Shown one piece after another: positions 35,784 to 44,932 of a stretch of DNA of 64,000 nt; position 1 is the stretch's first letter; the number at the start of each line of letters is the position of its first letter. The stretch covers positions 43,763 through 107,762 of the forward strand of contig JACRLM010000031.1 in the NCBI GenBank assembly GCA_016235255.1. The letters run 5' to 3'. Source of the DNA: Nitrospinota bacterium. Lineage in GTDB: Bacteria > Nitrospinota_A > UBA7883 > JACRLM01. A program made the position numbers and the translations under genes. Below the pieces are notes generated by a model, which ran no database searches, was not told the DNA's origin, and worked only from the letters and a program-made list of their open reading frames with translations.

Positions 35784-35840
35784 CAGCAAACGCGCTGGTG
35801 GCGCTCCCAAAGGAAAAACCCATTGTCGAAAATGATTTTC

Positions 35841-36195
35841 TGCTTCCCCGTAACCGTTTCTATTAACGCTTCCCCGTGGTCGCCTCTTAATGCTTCCCCG
35901 TGGTCGCCTCTTAATGCTTCCCCGTGGTCGCTGACCACGGATTCCTAAAGCGGGGAACCGGGGACTTCGTGGGAGCGCGGGCATCTTGCCCGCACTAATT
36001 AGACGGGGCCTAAACGGCTCCGTCTAATTACAGCAGCGCTTTTTGCAAGTCCAAGACGCCTTCGAGGCTCCTTGGACTTGTTGCGGGCAAGATGCCCGCG
36101 CTCCCAGGGGGGAACGAATCGCTGTCCGGGGTGTTCTTCACCCCGGACTCATCATGCCGCCGTATACGATGGCGGGGTGAAGAACATCCCGGCGA
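35841..36195. repeat. Composite palindromic intergenic repeat element, copy A (tandem 26-bp direct repeats plus nested hairpins enclosed by a 23-bp inverted repeat)
   Basis: Direct repeats CGCTTCCCCGTGGTCGCCTCTTAATG x2.5 (35867-35940). Hairpins GTGGTC-g-CTGACCAC, TAATTAGACGG..CCGTCTAATTA, CAAGTCCAAG..CTTGGACTTG, CGGGGTG..CACCCCG. Outer inverted repeat GGGAGCGCGGGCATCTTGCCCGC (35961-35983) / GCGGGCAAGATGCCCGCGCTCCC (36083-36105). A ~95-nt core is near-identical to 58690-58790. Confidence 0.55.
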
Positions 36196-36316
36196 GCAGT
36201 AAAAAGTCAAAAGTAAACGGCCTGACCCCTTTCTTACTTTCAAAAAAGGTCAAGCTCCCCCGCCCCACCGCCGATAAGTTCTCCATGAAGACTTATCGGG
36301 CGAGGAGTGCGGTCGA

Positions 36317-36592
36317 ATGCCTTCGTTGAGCGTGCCTAAGGCCACGGGCAATAAAATGTCGTCGTCCATCAGGCCGACGGGGAAGAACATATCCATGCCC
36401 CCAGCGGCCAAAAATCCGGGGCAGCTTCTGGACTGGTCCGGCAAACTGTCCAATGTGCCGATGAAAGGAAGCGGAGCTCCATATAAGAACGTCAACAACC
36501 AGACGTCGGACGCGCAGACCTCGCGCCTGCGGCAGAGCGGCCAGGAAGCGGTACAAGGCGGAAAGGGTGAGAGAATCGGCATTAAAGTGTAG
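36317..36592 (+). CDS. Possible small polar/disordered protein (91 aa), low confidence
   Basis: High GC3 in frame (~70%) but no hydrophobic core or motif. It lies between the repeat element and the DUF72 gene. Confidence 0.2.
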   Translation: MPSLSVPKATGNKMSSSIRPTGKNISMPPAAKNPGQLLDWSGKLSNVPMKGSGAPYKNVNNQTSDAQTSRLRQSGQEAVQGGKGERIGIKV

Positions 36593-36667
36593 GCGCCCTC
36601 CAAAAAATATCGCACCACCCCCTCCCCTCCTGTTAATCTATTTCAATTTGACGTTGGGCGTGGAACC

Positions 36668-37480
36668 ATGGAAATAGACGAACCCCGGATATTGGCCGGA
36701 ACCTCCGGCTTTTCGTATGACGACTGGATAGGGCCGGTGTACCCGAAAGGGACGAAAAAGGAGGAGATGCTCTCCTATTACGCCACCGAGCTTAAGTTCA
36801 AGATAGTGGAGCTAAACTTCACCTATTACACCATGCCCGCCGCCAAGACGTTTGAGACCATGTTAAAGCACGTGCCGGACGATTTTACGTTCGTGGTGAA
36901 GACCCACGGCTCGATGACCCACAAGATCCGCGCCGGGGACGGCTCCCTTGTCCGGGACGAGGGGACGTTCGCCGATTTCATGGAAGGATTGAAACCCCTT
37001 ACGGAGGCGGGGCGGCTAAAGTGCGTGCTGGCGCAGTTCCCTATTAAATTCGCCAGAAGCGGAGAGACCGAGGAGCATCTAAAATGGTTCGTCCAGGCGC
37101 TCCGGCCATTGAAGCTCACGGTGGAACTTCGCAACCGGGGGTGGGTGGCGCAATCGGCCTTCGACCTTTTGCGGAGCCTGGATGCCGGGTATTGCGTTGT
37201 GGACGAGCCGGACCTGCCAAAACTCACGCCGTTCACCCCCGTGGCCACGTCGGACCTGGCGTATTTCCGGTTCCACGGGAGGAACACGAAATGGTTTGAC
37301 GTGCCCGCCTATGTCCGTTACGACTATCTTTATTCGGACGCGGAGTTGAGGGGCTTTATAGAGCCGGTGAAAAGGGTGGCTGCGCAGGCCGGGGAGACGC
37401 TGGTATTTTTCAACAACCACTTCCAGGGCTCGGCGGCGAAGAACGCCCAGATGTTCAAAGAGCTTGTGGGAGCGAAGTAA
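36668..37480 (+). CDS. DUF72 (YecE-like, UPF0759) family protein
   Basis: ILAGTSGFSYDDWIGPVYP...FTYYTMP...FVVKTHGSMTH is the DUF72 signature. Confidence 0.75.
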   Translation: MEIDEPRILAGTSGFSYDDWIGPVYPKGTKKEEMLSYYATELKFKIVELNFTYYTMPAAKTFETMLKHVPDDFTFVVKTHGSMTHKIRAGDGSLVRDEGTFADFMEGLKPLTEAGRLKCVLAQFPIKFARSGETEEHLKWFVQALRPLKLTVELRNRGWVAQSAFDLLRSLDAGYCVVDEPDLPKLTPFTPVATSDLAYFRFHGRNTKWFDVPAYVRYDYLYSDAELRGFIEPVKRVAAQAGETLVFFNNHFQGSAAKNAQMFKELVGAK

Positions 37481-37487
37481 GACTGCG

Positions 37488-38303
37488 ATGGACGACGAAA
37501 ATATAGCGGCCCCGGACAAGCAAAAGCAAGCCCCCGGCGCGGCCGTCCCCCCAAAAGTCATGCGCCGCGTGGGGGAAGAGGAAAAACTTCCGTTCACCAC
37601 CCACCTGGAGGAACTGCGGCAACGGCTTATCTATTGTCTTGTGACCGTCGGCGTGGTGTTCATGGCGGTCTATGCCGTTTCCGGAGATATCTACCAGTTT
37701 GTCAGAAAGCCTATAGGCATTGACCTTGTGTTCCTTTCCCCCACCGAGGCTTTTTTCGTTTACTTAAAGCTTTCCATATACGTTGCCGTGATGATTAGCA
37801 CGCCGATGCTTCTATACCAGGCCTGGGAATTCGTGGCGCCGGGCCTTCTGGCGGTGGAGCGGCGGTACACGGGGGCTTTCGTGGTGATAGGCACCCTGTT
37901 TTTCGCGATTGGGGCGGCGTTCTGCTACTTTGCCGTGTTGCCCATCGGATTGCAGTTCCTGATCGGATACGGCGGAGAGGGATTAAAGCCGATGATCTCG
38001 GTGGGCAATTACCTCTCTTTCGTGTTCATGTTCACGCTGGCGTTCGGGATCATATTCGAGATGCCGCTTGTGATAGTGTTTCTGGCCAGCATGGGATTGG
38101 TCACGCCGGACTGGCTGGCCAAGCAGAGGTCATATTTCATCGTTGGGGACTTTGTGGTGGCGGCCATTCTCACACCGACTCCGGACGTGGTCTCCCAGCT
38201 TATGATGGCCGTGCCGATGATGATATTGTTCGAGGCGGGGTTATTCGCGGCCCGTTTCTTCACGGCGAAAAAGCAGGAGGAGCCGGATGGGCAAACGGAC
38301 TGA
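37488..38303 (+). CDS. tatC: Twin-arginine translocase subunit TatC
   Basis: PFTTHLEELRQRLIYCLVTV and six TM helices. Start chosen at MDDENIA (37488), after the DUF72 stop. Confidence 0.85.
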   Translation: MDDENIAAPDKQKQAPGAAVPPKVMRRVGEEEKLPFTTHLEELRQRLIYCLVTVGVVFMAVYAVSGDIYQFVRKPIGIDLVFLSPTEAFFVYLKLSIYVAVMISTPMLLYQAWEFVAPGLLAVERRYTGAFVVIGTLFFAIGAAFCYFAVLPIGLQFLIGYGGEGLKPMISVGNYLSFVFMFTLAFGIIFEMPLVIVFLASMGLVTPDWLAKQRSYFIVGDFVVAAILTPTPDVVSQLMMAVPMMILFEAGLFAARFFTAKKQEEPDGQTD

Positions 38304-39027
38304 CGATCCGGCCGAAAGGCTGATGGTGGCGCTGGACGTTGCAACCCACGCGGAGGCGATGGCCGCCGTGGAGCCGCTTAAGGGGGCCGTCCAGTGGTTC
38401 AAGGTTGGAAGCCAGCTTTTCACCGCCTGCGGGCCCCGCATAATAGAAGATATTAAAAACGCGTCCGGCGCGAAGATATTCCTGGACTTAAAGTTCCACG
38501 ATATACCGGCCACCGTCGCCTTGTCCGGAAAGGCGGCCGCCGGGCTTGGGGTGGACATGTTCAACATGCACGCCCTGGGAGGGCCGGAAATGATGTCCAC
38601 CGCCGTCAAGGAAGTGACGGCCTTTTGCGCGAGCGCTGGAAAGACCCTTCCCATAATAATAGCGGTCACAATCCTCACAAGCATGACGGAGCCGGAACTA
38701 AAAGCGGCCGGCGTTGGCTCCACTCCAGCCATGATGGTCCTTCATCTGGCGAGGAACGCCAAAATATCGGGGCTGGACGGCGTGGTGGCGTCGCCGCAGG
38801 AGGCGCGGATGATAAAGGAAATCACCGGGGACGATTTTCTGGTGGTCACGCCGGGTGTCCGCCCGGCGTGGGCCGCAGCCGACGACCAGGCGAGGATAAT
38901 GACCCCCTCTGCGGCCATCGAGGAAGGAGCGGACTATATAGTAGTGGGACGCCCAATATTGAAGGCTGGCAATCCCAAGGAGGCCGCCTTAAGAATAATA
39001 GAGGAAATTTCGTCCACCTCCGTCTAA
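38287..39027 (+). CDS. pyrF: Orotidine 5'-phosphate decarboxylase
   Basis: MVALDVATHAEAM...FLDLKFHDIPATV (catalytic D-x-K) and the C-terminal IVVGRPI. Confidence 0.9.
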   Translation: MGKRTDDPAERLMVALDVATHAEAMAAVEPLKGAVQWFKVGSQLFTACGPRIIEDIKNASGAKIFLDLKFHDIPATVALSGKAAAGLGVDMFNMHALGGPEMMSTAVKEVTAFCASAGKTLPIIIAVTILTSMTEPELKAAGVGSTPAMMVLHLARNAKISGLDGVVASPQEARMIKEITGDDFLVVTPGVRPAWAAADDQARIMTPSAAIEEGADYIVVGRPILKAGNPKEAALRIIEEISSTSV

Positions 39028-39238
39028 TATCCCCCCGGCAATTTTTTCATCTCCAGCCAACTTCCATGCCATCTTTCCCGCAAGCAAAAAAAACCCTCAA
39101 GGAAAAATTTCGCCGGGACGATAAGAAATCAACTTCGGGAAAACCCGATGAAGATCGGCGGTAGAAGCGCCACCGACAAAAGAGGTTAACTGGTTTCAGC
39201 AAGGATGCTGAGGCCCACATTATCAAGGAGGACCGGCA

Positions 39239-40120
39239 ATGCCATTAAGAGTTTACAACAACCTGTATTCCCTCACCGCCCAGCGCAATTTGGGCACCAA
39301 CAACGCCAGCCTTGGCACATCGTTGGAAAGACTTTCATCCGGTATGAGGATCAACCGCGGATCGGACGACGCGGCGGGTCTGGCCATATCCGAAGGCTTG
39401 AGGGCGGACATCCGCTCCCTCCAGCAGGCCACAAGGAACGCTTACGACGGCGTGAGCATGATCAACACGGCGGAAGGCGCCCTTTCCGAACAGTCTTCCA
39501 TCCTCGTTCGTATGCGCGAACTGGCCGCGCAGGCCGCCACGGGCACAGTCGGTTCCACCGAACGGGCCACCATCAACCGCGAATTTTCCGCGCTGCGGGA
39601 CGAAATAGACAGGATCTCGACGGTCACCGAATTCAACGGCCAGAAACTGCTCAACGGCGCACTGAACGGCGACATAACCACCATCAAGTTGAACAACGGC
39701 GCATCCGCCAACTCGGTGGTGATCCAGATTGGCATGCAGGCCGGCTGGGCTGACCGCATCAGCCTGAACGCCTCCGTGGACCTGACCGCCATAGACTCCA
39801 CCGGGCTTAACATAACCAACATTTCGGTGACGCACGTCTCTTCGGCCCTCGACGCTCTTGGCAGGATAGATTCCGCTCTTGCCAGGGTGACCGAAGCCCG
39901 CGGCCGGCTTGGCGCGGTGCAAAACCGGCTCGTGCACACCATCAACAACCTGGCGGTGTCCGCTGAGAACCTGCAGGCAGCCGAATCACAGATACGCGAC
40001 GCGGACTACTCGCACGAAATCTCGCAGTTCACCAGGAATCAGATACTGGTGCAGGCTTCGACGGCGATCTTGGCCCAGGCCAACCTTGTGCCTCAGTCGG
40101 TGCTGCAGCTGCTCGGTTAA
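39239..40120 (+). CDS. fliC: Flagellin (short, 293 aa, D0/D1 only)
   Basis: The N-terminus LGTSLERLSSGMRINRGSDDAAGLAISEGL and the C-terminus LGAVQNRLVHTINNLAVSAENLQAAESQIRDADYSHEISQFTRNQILVQASTAILAQANLVPQSVLQLL are the flagellin N and C domains. Confidence 0.9.
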   Translation: MPLRVYNNLYSLTAQRNLGTNNASLGTSLERLSSGMRINRGSDDAAGLAISEGLRADIRSLQQATRNAYDGVSMINTAEGALSEQSSILVRMRELAAQAATGTVGSTERATINREFSALRDEIDRISTVTEFNGQKLLNGALNGDITTIKLNNGASANSVVIQIGMQAGWADRISLNASVDLTAIDSTGLNITNISVTHVSSALDALGRIDSALARVTEARGRLGAVQNRLVHTINNLAVSAENLQAAESQIRDADYSHEISQFTRNQILVQASTAILAQANLVPQSVLQLLG

Positions 40121-40171
40121 CGTCATGGCGCTTCGCATCCAACACCTTGATAATCAAACCGTTGGATCAAA

Positions 40172-40210
40172 GAAGGGGTCTGGAGCAATCCAGACCCCTT
40201 TGATTTTTCA
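40172..40210 (+). terminator. Rho-independent terminator after fliC
   Basis: AAGGGGTCTGG-agcaat-CCAGACCCCTT is a perfect 11-bp stem, followed by TGATTTTTC. Confidence 0.65.
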
Positions 40211-40314
40211 AGCGAAGTGGCGTTTAAACCTGCAATCTGGCGGCAAAAATTAATGTTTTGGCCTGTTTATTGCTATAATTTTCTAGCGCATATGGGTAAA
40301 CAGTAAGATTATCC

Positions 40315-40342
40315 TAAAGGGGATAGCGCATTGAACCGATAA
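40315..40342 (+). promoter_or_regulatory. Candidate sigma28 (FliA) promoter upstream of fliD
   Basis: TAAA (40315-40318), a 16-nt spacer, then ACCGATAA (40335-40342), against the consensus TAAA-N15-GCCGATAA. Confidence 0.3.
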
Positions 40343-40385
40343 TATACTTGAAGTTCGATTATGCGGCTTTAACGGGGTTTATAAA

Positions 40386-41975
40386 ATGTCTATTTCCATT
40401 GACGGGCTGGTCTCAGGGACTAACTATACGTCCTTGATCCAGCAACTGATTGACATCGAGAGGCAGCCCATAAAGCTAATCGAGAACAAGCAGACCATCC
40501 TCAAGGAAGAAAAGACCGCCTGGTCGGCCATCAGCCCCAAGCTCGTTTCGCTTGAGTCCGCCGCCAATGACTTAAAATCGGCCCAGAAGTTCTCCAGCCT
40601 GTCCGCCTCGTTCCAGAACAACAACTCCGCCGGCGGGTCCGTCCTGTCGGTCACGGCCACCACATCCGCGGCGGCAGGCACATATAACGTAAAGGTCACT
40701 CAACTAGCCGCCAACCAGATTTCCGCCAGCAGCCAGACTTTTGCGAGCATGACCACAGCCGCCGGGCTTTCGGGGACCTTGAGCATCGGCGCCACCAACG
40801 TGAGCATCACTTCCGGGCAGAGCCTGTCGGATATTTTGAGCAACATAAACAATTCGGCCGCCGCAGCCACGGCGACAATAGTCAACTCCGGAACGACCGC
40901 AAGCCCACTATACAAGCTTGTCCTCTCCGGCGATGACACCGGGGCCGCCGGGGCATTCACCGCATCAACGGTGATGGACGCGGGAGCGCTTAGTTTCACC
41001 ACCACGCAGTCCGCCCAGAACGCCCTGTTCACCGTCAACGGCATATCCATAAGCAAGGACACGAACACGGCCACTGACGTCATTTCCGGGGTGACGCTAA
41101 ACCTGCAGACCTCCGGGTCCGGCGCCGTGACGGTCGCCACCGACTATGCCGGGATCGTCACGAAGGTAGAAAAATTCGTCGCCGCGTACAATGACGCGCT
41201 CAACCTGATCTCCAACGAGCTCAAGTACGACCCGTCCACAAAGTCGAAAGGGGCGCTTTTCGGCAATAACGCCCTGATGACCATACAAAACCAGCTGCGC
41301 TCCATAGTCAGCGGCGCGGTGCCCGGACTGGACCCCACTGACACAAGCACGTTATCGACGCTGTCGCAGGTGGGGATCATGATGGACCGGAATTTCCAGC
41401 TCACGGTGGACACAGCCGAGCTTTCCTCGGCGCTGCAGACCAATTTTGCCCAGGTCCAGAACCTTTTCGCCCCCAGCGGAAGCGGTACCTACACTTTCGT
41501 GGCCGCCTCTGGCAAAACACAGGGCGGGACATACAGCACCAGGGTGTCCGGCGGGGTGTTCCAGATGAAGCTTTCCGGCACAAGCGACTGGATATCCCTC
41601 ACGCAGGACGGGAACTTCGCCCTTGGGCAGGCCGGAACATCGCTTGAAGGGCTGCTAATCAGGACAGGATCGCTGGTGGAAAGCGCCACGGGCCAGATGA
41701 AAATAACCGTGGGCGTGGCCGAGCGCGTGGCCACCAACGCTTCGACTTACACGGAATATTCGGCTGAAGGGCTGATCTACACCCAGACCAAGAGCATAGA
41801 TGACCGGGACAGGGAATATCAGGACAACATTGACGCCTTGAACGTGAGAATCACGAAAAAGGAAGTGGACCTGAAAGCTAAATTCGCCAATCTGGAGGTC
41901 TTGCTGGCAAAGATGAGCTCCCAGCAGCAATACCTTAACAACCAGTTGACGAACCTGAACAAGAACTGGAGATAA
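40386..41975 (+). CDS. fliD: Flagellar filament cap protein FliD (hook-associated protein 2)
   Basis: The N-terminus ISIDGLVSGTNYTSLIQQLIDIERQPIKLIENKQ and the C-terminal coiled coil (...DNIDALNVRITKKEVDLKAKFANLEVLLAKM) are characteristic of FliD. Confidence 0.85.
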   Translation: MSISIDGLVSGTNYTSLIQQLIDIERQPIKLIENKQTILKEEKTAWSAISPKLVSLESAANDLKSAQKFSSLSASFQNNNSAGGSVLSVTATTSAAAGTYNVKVTQLAANQISASSQTFASMTTAAGLSGTLSIGATNVSITSGQSLSDILSNINNSAAAATATIVNSGTTASPLYKLVLSGDDTGAAGAFTASTVMDAGALSFTTTQSAQNALFTVNGISISKDTNTATDVISGVTLNLQTSGSGAVTVATDYAGIVTKVEKFVAAYNDALNLISNELKYDPSTKSKGALFGNNALMTIQNQLRSIVSGAVPGLDPTDTSTLSTLSQVGIMMDRNFQLTVDTAELSSALQTNFAQVQNLFAPSGSGTYTFVAASGKTQGGTYSTRVSGGVFQMKLSGTSDWISLTQDGNFALGQAGTSLEGLLIRTGSLVESATGQMKITVGVAERVATNASTYTEYSAEGLIYTQTKSIDDRDREYQDNIDALNVRITKKEVDLKAKFANLEVLLAKMSSQQQYLNNQLTNLNKNWR

Positions 41976-42016
41976 CGTCGGCGGTTCGAACATTTATCTG
42001 AAAGGAATCACTTACA

Positions 42017-42454
42017 ATGCAAGGTTACGGCAGGCCATCGGTTTACCAGGTGACGCAGGTTTCGACCGCGAACAAGTCAAAGCTGGTCCTCATGATGTAT
42101 GACGGGGCGATACGCTTCATCAACGACGCGAAACGCTGCCTTGAAACACGGGACATCGCGGGCAGGGGGCTTGCCATAAGCAAGGCTCAACGCATAGTGC
42201 ACGAATTGCGCGCCGCTCTGAACATGGAAAAAGGGGGAGAGGTGGCGGTCAGTCTGGAGAAGGTCTATTCGATCGTCAACAGGCGGCTTTTGGACGCGAA
42301 CATGAAGGGAAGCGTGGCGGACCTGAACATCTGCATGGACATGTTCACCACGTTAAAGGACGCGTGGAGCCAGGCGATGCACTCGGCGGGGCAGGAGCAA
42401 ATGCCGATCCACGCCGCGCCAATGGCGGCGGCCGGGGTTAAAGTGGCCGTCTGA
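42017..42454 (+). CDS. fliS: Flagellin-specific chaperone FliS
   Basis: YQVTQVSTANKSKLVLMMYDGAIRFINDAK...VAVSLEKVYSIVNRRLLDANMKGS is the FliS four-helix-bundle signature. Confidence 0.85.
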   Translation: MQGYGRPSVYQVTQVSTANKSKLVLMMYDGAIRFINDAKRCLETRDIAGRGLAISKAQRIVHELRAALNMEKGGEVAVSLEKVYSIVNRRLLDANMKGSVADLNICMDMFTTLKDAWSQAMHSAGQEQMPIHAAPMAAAGVKVAV

Positions 42455-42520
42455 CGGATACTTGCGGCGCAATGACGGGCGCATTGTCCCCGTTGCCAAA
42501 GATGACGTCAGTTCTTTTTT

Positions 42521-42772
42521 TCAGACGGCCTGCATCTGCTCAAGCTTGCGTTTCATGATATCGAGCAGGTATGAGGTGCATTCCTGGCAGAATTCATATG
42601 GCTTTAACTGGAACTCAAGGCCCCGCCGCCGGGCGTGAAGCGTCACCCCAAGCGGAACGCTCCTCATGTCCTTGAATTCGGCCTCAACCTCAATCTGGCC
42701 TGGTTCGCCTTCATCGGAAAACATCCTGCCGCACCCGTCGCACTTTACAAGACTTTGCGTGTCCATTTCCAT
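42521..42772 (-). CDS. Hypothetical zinc-ribbon protein (CxxC...CxxC), 83 aa
   Basis: KCDGCGRMF ... FCQECTSYL are two CxxC pairs ~50 aa apart. It is convergent with fliS and upstream of the hemerythrin gene. Confidence 0.4.
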   Translation of the reverse strand: MEMDTQSLVKCDGCGRMFSDEGEPGQIEVEAEFKDMRSVPLGVTLHARRRGLEFQLKPYEFCQECTSYLLDIMKRKLEQMQAV

Positions 42773-42794
42773 AACTCCGGAATCAGATTGACGC

Positions 42795-43232
42795 TCATAC
42801 GCCCGTCTCGCGTCCGCTCATGGCGTGACGCTGCGTTTGCCCGCTTGAAAGACAGGCGCCGTATTCAATGTCCCTTTTCATGATGTGGTTTTTCAGCCAT
42901 TCGGAAATAAACCGGAGCAGGTCCAGGGGCATGACCTTCACCCCGTTCATGTGATCGGAAAGACAGCCGATCACCTCGCTCCGGAATAAAGCGTGCTCCT
43001 TTTTGTGGGCTTCCAGCCCCGCATACCCGGCCGCGGCCATCGCCTTTTCCTCCAGGGAAAAATGCGTGGCGGCGTAACTGGCCAGCTCGTTTAACGTGGG
43101 GAGCAGGGAATCCCCGCTGTGGCCGGAAATTATCCGGCTGTGAAAATCGTTCATGATGTCGAACAATATCTTGTGCTGCCTGTCAAAATTATCCACGCCG
43201 GCCCTGTATGAACTGCTCCACTGGATATACAT
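42795..43232 (-). CDS. Bacteriohemerythrin (hemerythrin-like O2/NO-binding di-iron protein)
   Basis: W.....G....D.QHK.LF, H...E...H..F...E and H...WL..HI..D are the hemerythrin His/Glu/Asp ligand pattern. Confidence 0.75.
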   Translation of the reverse strand: MYIQWSSSYRAGVDNFDRQHKILFDIMNDFHSRIISGHSGDSLLPTLNELASYAATHFSLEEKAMAAAGYAGLEAHKKEHALFRSEVIGCLSDHMNGVKVMPLDLLRFISEWLKNHIMKRDIEYGACLSSGQTQRHAMSGRETGV

Positions 43233-43468
43233 GGCCCACCCCGATTTTCATGTTTGACATCGCCACCGATTCACGCCGCCGCAAAACATATTTGCTCCGC
43301 CAAGCAGAAGCGGCACTCCAATCATTTATGGAGCAATAGCGGCGCCAGACGTAACATGTGAATTTTAAAAGAGTTAATTTGGATGGGGATTCTTTCACCG
43401 CCGCATTTGGCCACACCCGGTGAAAATTGCGGCAGTGGAACATGCAACATACAGCCGCGCCTGTCCGC

Positions 43469-43924
43469 TCAATCAAACTTCGGATCGGCCAGAAGTTTCA
43501 TCACCATGCGCCATGCCTCCTCCGCCTTTGACCCGGCTTTCGCGAACACTTTGGCGAAACGCATGCGCTGGGCTCCGGACAGTTCCCGCTCCAGCCGCTG
43601 GCCGTTCTTCGTGAGGGAAAGGCGCTTTACACGGCGATCCTGCCCGTCCTGGACAAAGCTGACATGGCCTTTTTCCATAAGCTGCCTTAACGGCCTGTTG
43701 AGGTATTGCTTGCTCACGCCCAGGATGCGCAAAAGTTCGTTGACGCCAAGCCGGGGATTGCGCCCGACGAAGTATAGGATGCGGTGATGGACGCGCGAAA
43801 ACCCGAGCCCGGCAAGCCGCGCGTCGGGCTTGGCGATGACCGCGCGGAAAGCAAAGAACAGCGCTTCCAGCGCCTTGTTCAGACAAGCCTCCCGGGAGGC
43901 TTCGGGCGTAATATGGTCAACCAT
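43469..43924 (-). CDS. MarR-family transcriptional regulator
   Basis: LGVNELLRILGVSKQYLNRPLRQLMEKGHVSFVQDGQDRRVKRLSLTKNGQ is the winged HTH. Confidence 0.8.
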   Translation of the reverse strand: MVDHITPEASREACLNKALEALFFAFRAVIAKPDARLAGLGFSRVHHRILYFVGRNPRLGVNELLRILGVSKQYLNRPLRQLMEKGHVSFVQDGQDRRVKRLSLTKNGQRLERELSGAQRMRFAKVFAKAGSKAEEAWRMVMKLLADPKFD

Positions 43925-43975
43925 GTTGACATTATAGACCGGATGGAGTAAGTTTAATATGTCAATATAGTTGAC
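43925..43975. promoter_or_regulatory. Candidate MarR operator / divergent promoter region (inverted TTGACAT ... ATGTCAA half-sites)
   Basis: TTGACAT (43925-43931) and ATGTCAA (43958-43964) are reverse complements. TTGACC at 43970-43975. The site lies between the marR-like gene and the aminotransferase gene. Confidence 0.3.
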
Positions 43976-44001
43976 CTTATTTGAGACAAAGGAGGGCGGT
44001 C

Positions 44002-44865
44002 ATGGGCGGCAAATCGGTGTGCTGGATGGACGGGAAAATCGTCCCGGGGGACGAGGCGAAGGTTTCGGTGTTCGATCACGGCCTGCTGTACGGCGACGGC
44101 GTCTTCGAGGGTATCCGGTTCTACCGGCGCAGGATTTTCAAACTCGGCGAACATTTGGACAGGCTGTTCGGCTCGGCCCGGGCCATCGCCCTTGATGCAG
44201 GGCGCACCCATGACGAAATCAGAACGGCTGTGGAAAAGACCGTTGCCGCTTTCCCTGGTGAAGACGGATACTTAAGGCTGGTTGTCACCCGGGGCAAAGG
44301 GCCGCTGGGAATAGATCCAAAAAAATGCCCGAAACCGTCGTTATTTATCATCGCGGACGAACTTGCGATGGTGAGCCGGGAAGCCCGCGAGCGAGGCGCA
44401 AGGGTGATAATCGCATCCACCCGGCAGGCCCCTTCCGATGTGCTCGACCCGCGCATTAAAAGCCTTAACTACTTGAACCGCATCCTGGCCAGGATCGAGG
44501 CGAACCGGGCGGGGGCCGACGAAGCTTTGCTGCTCAACGCACAGGGAAGGGTGGCCGAGGGGACGGCGGACAACGTGTTCATCGTCCGCAACGGGCGTGT
44601 GCTAACCCCTCCCGCCGTCGAGGGGGCGCTGGAGGGGATCACCCGGTCTGTCGCTCTGGAACTGGCGGGCAAGGCCGGGATTCCCGCCGCCGAAACGGCA
44701 TTGGCGCCATATGACATATATACGTCCGACGAGTGCTTTTTAACCGGGACGGGGGCTGAACTGATACCCGTGGCGCAGGTGGACGGCCGGCAATTGGCCG
44801 CGTGTCCGGGGCCTGTGTTCCTTGAATTGTCCAAAAGGTTCATGGCGCTCGTCACGCAGGGATAA
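44002..44865 (+). CDS. Class IV (fold-type IV) PLP aminotransferase, branched-chain amino acid aminotransferase-like
   Basis: DHGLLYGDGVFEGIRFY and the later E..NVF...G.L.TP / TGTGAE motifs. AGGAGGG RBS lies before the ATG at 44002. Confidence 0.75.
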   Translation: MGGKSVCWMDGKIVPGDEAKVSVFDHGLLYGDGVFEGIRFYRRRIFKLGEHLDRLFGSARAIALDAGRTHDEIRTAVEKTVAAFPGEDGYLRLVVTRGKGPLGIDPKKCPKPSLFIIADELAMVSREARERGARVIIASTRQAPSDVLDPRIKSLNYLNRILARIEANRAGADEALLLNAQGRVAEGTADNVFIVRNGRVLTPPAVEGALEGITRSVALELAGKAGIPAAETALAPYDIYTSDECFLTGTGAELIPVAQVDGRQLAACPGPVFLELSKRFMALVTQG

Positions 44866-44932
44866 GGGCAATTTGGAGGCAAATTACTAAATCCAGGCGC
44901 CTTGCCGCCGTTTGATTGGCTATACTGTCCTG

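Noticed and set aside
35867-35945. Possible CRISPR array (short direct repeats)
   Set aside because: Only 2.5 contiguous 26-bp repeats with no intervening unique spacers and no cas genes. It is part of a larger palindromic repeat element, not CRISPR.
35613-35984. ORF with RPRGSIKRRPRGS repeats
   Set aside because: The peptide repeats only reflect translation of the tandem 26-bp DNA direct repeats of the intergenic palindromic element, so it is not a real protein.
39100-39238. Sigma28 promoter upstream of fliC
   Set aside because: The best candidates (TAAG-N18-CCCGATGA; GACGATAA without an upstream TAAA) have wrong spacing or a poor -35. I could not support a FliA or sigma54 box confidently by eye, whereas the fliD-upstream box is much better.
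42455-42520. Bidirectional terminator between convergent fliS and the zinc-ribbon gene (TGACGTCA palindrome plus T7 run)
   Set aside because: The TGACGTCA 8-mer cannot form a hairpin with a loop, and neighbouring candidate stems are 5 bp or shorter with mismatches. There is no convincing intrinsic terminator structure.
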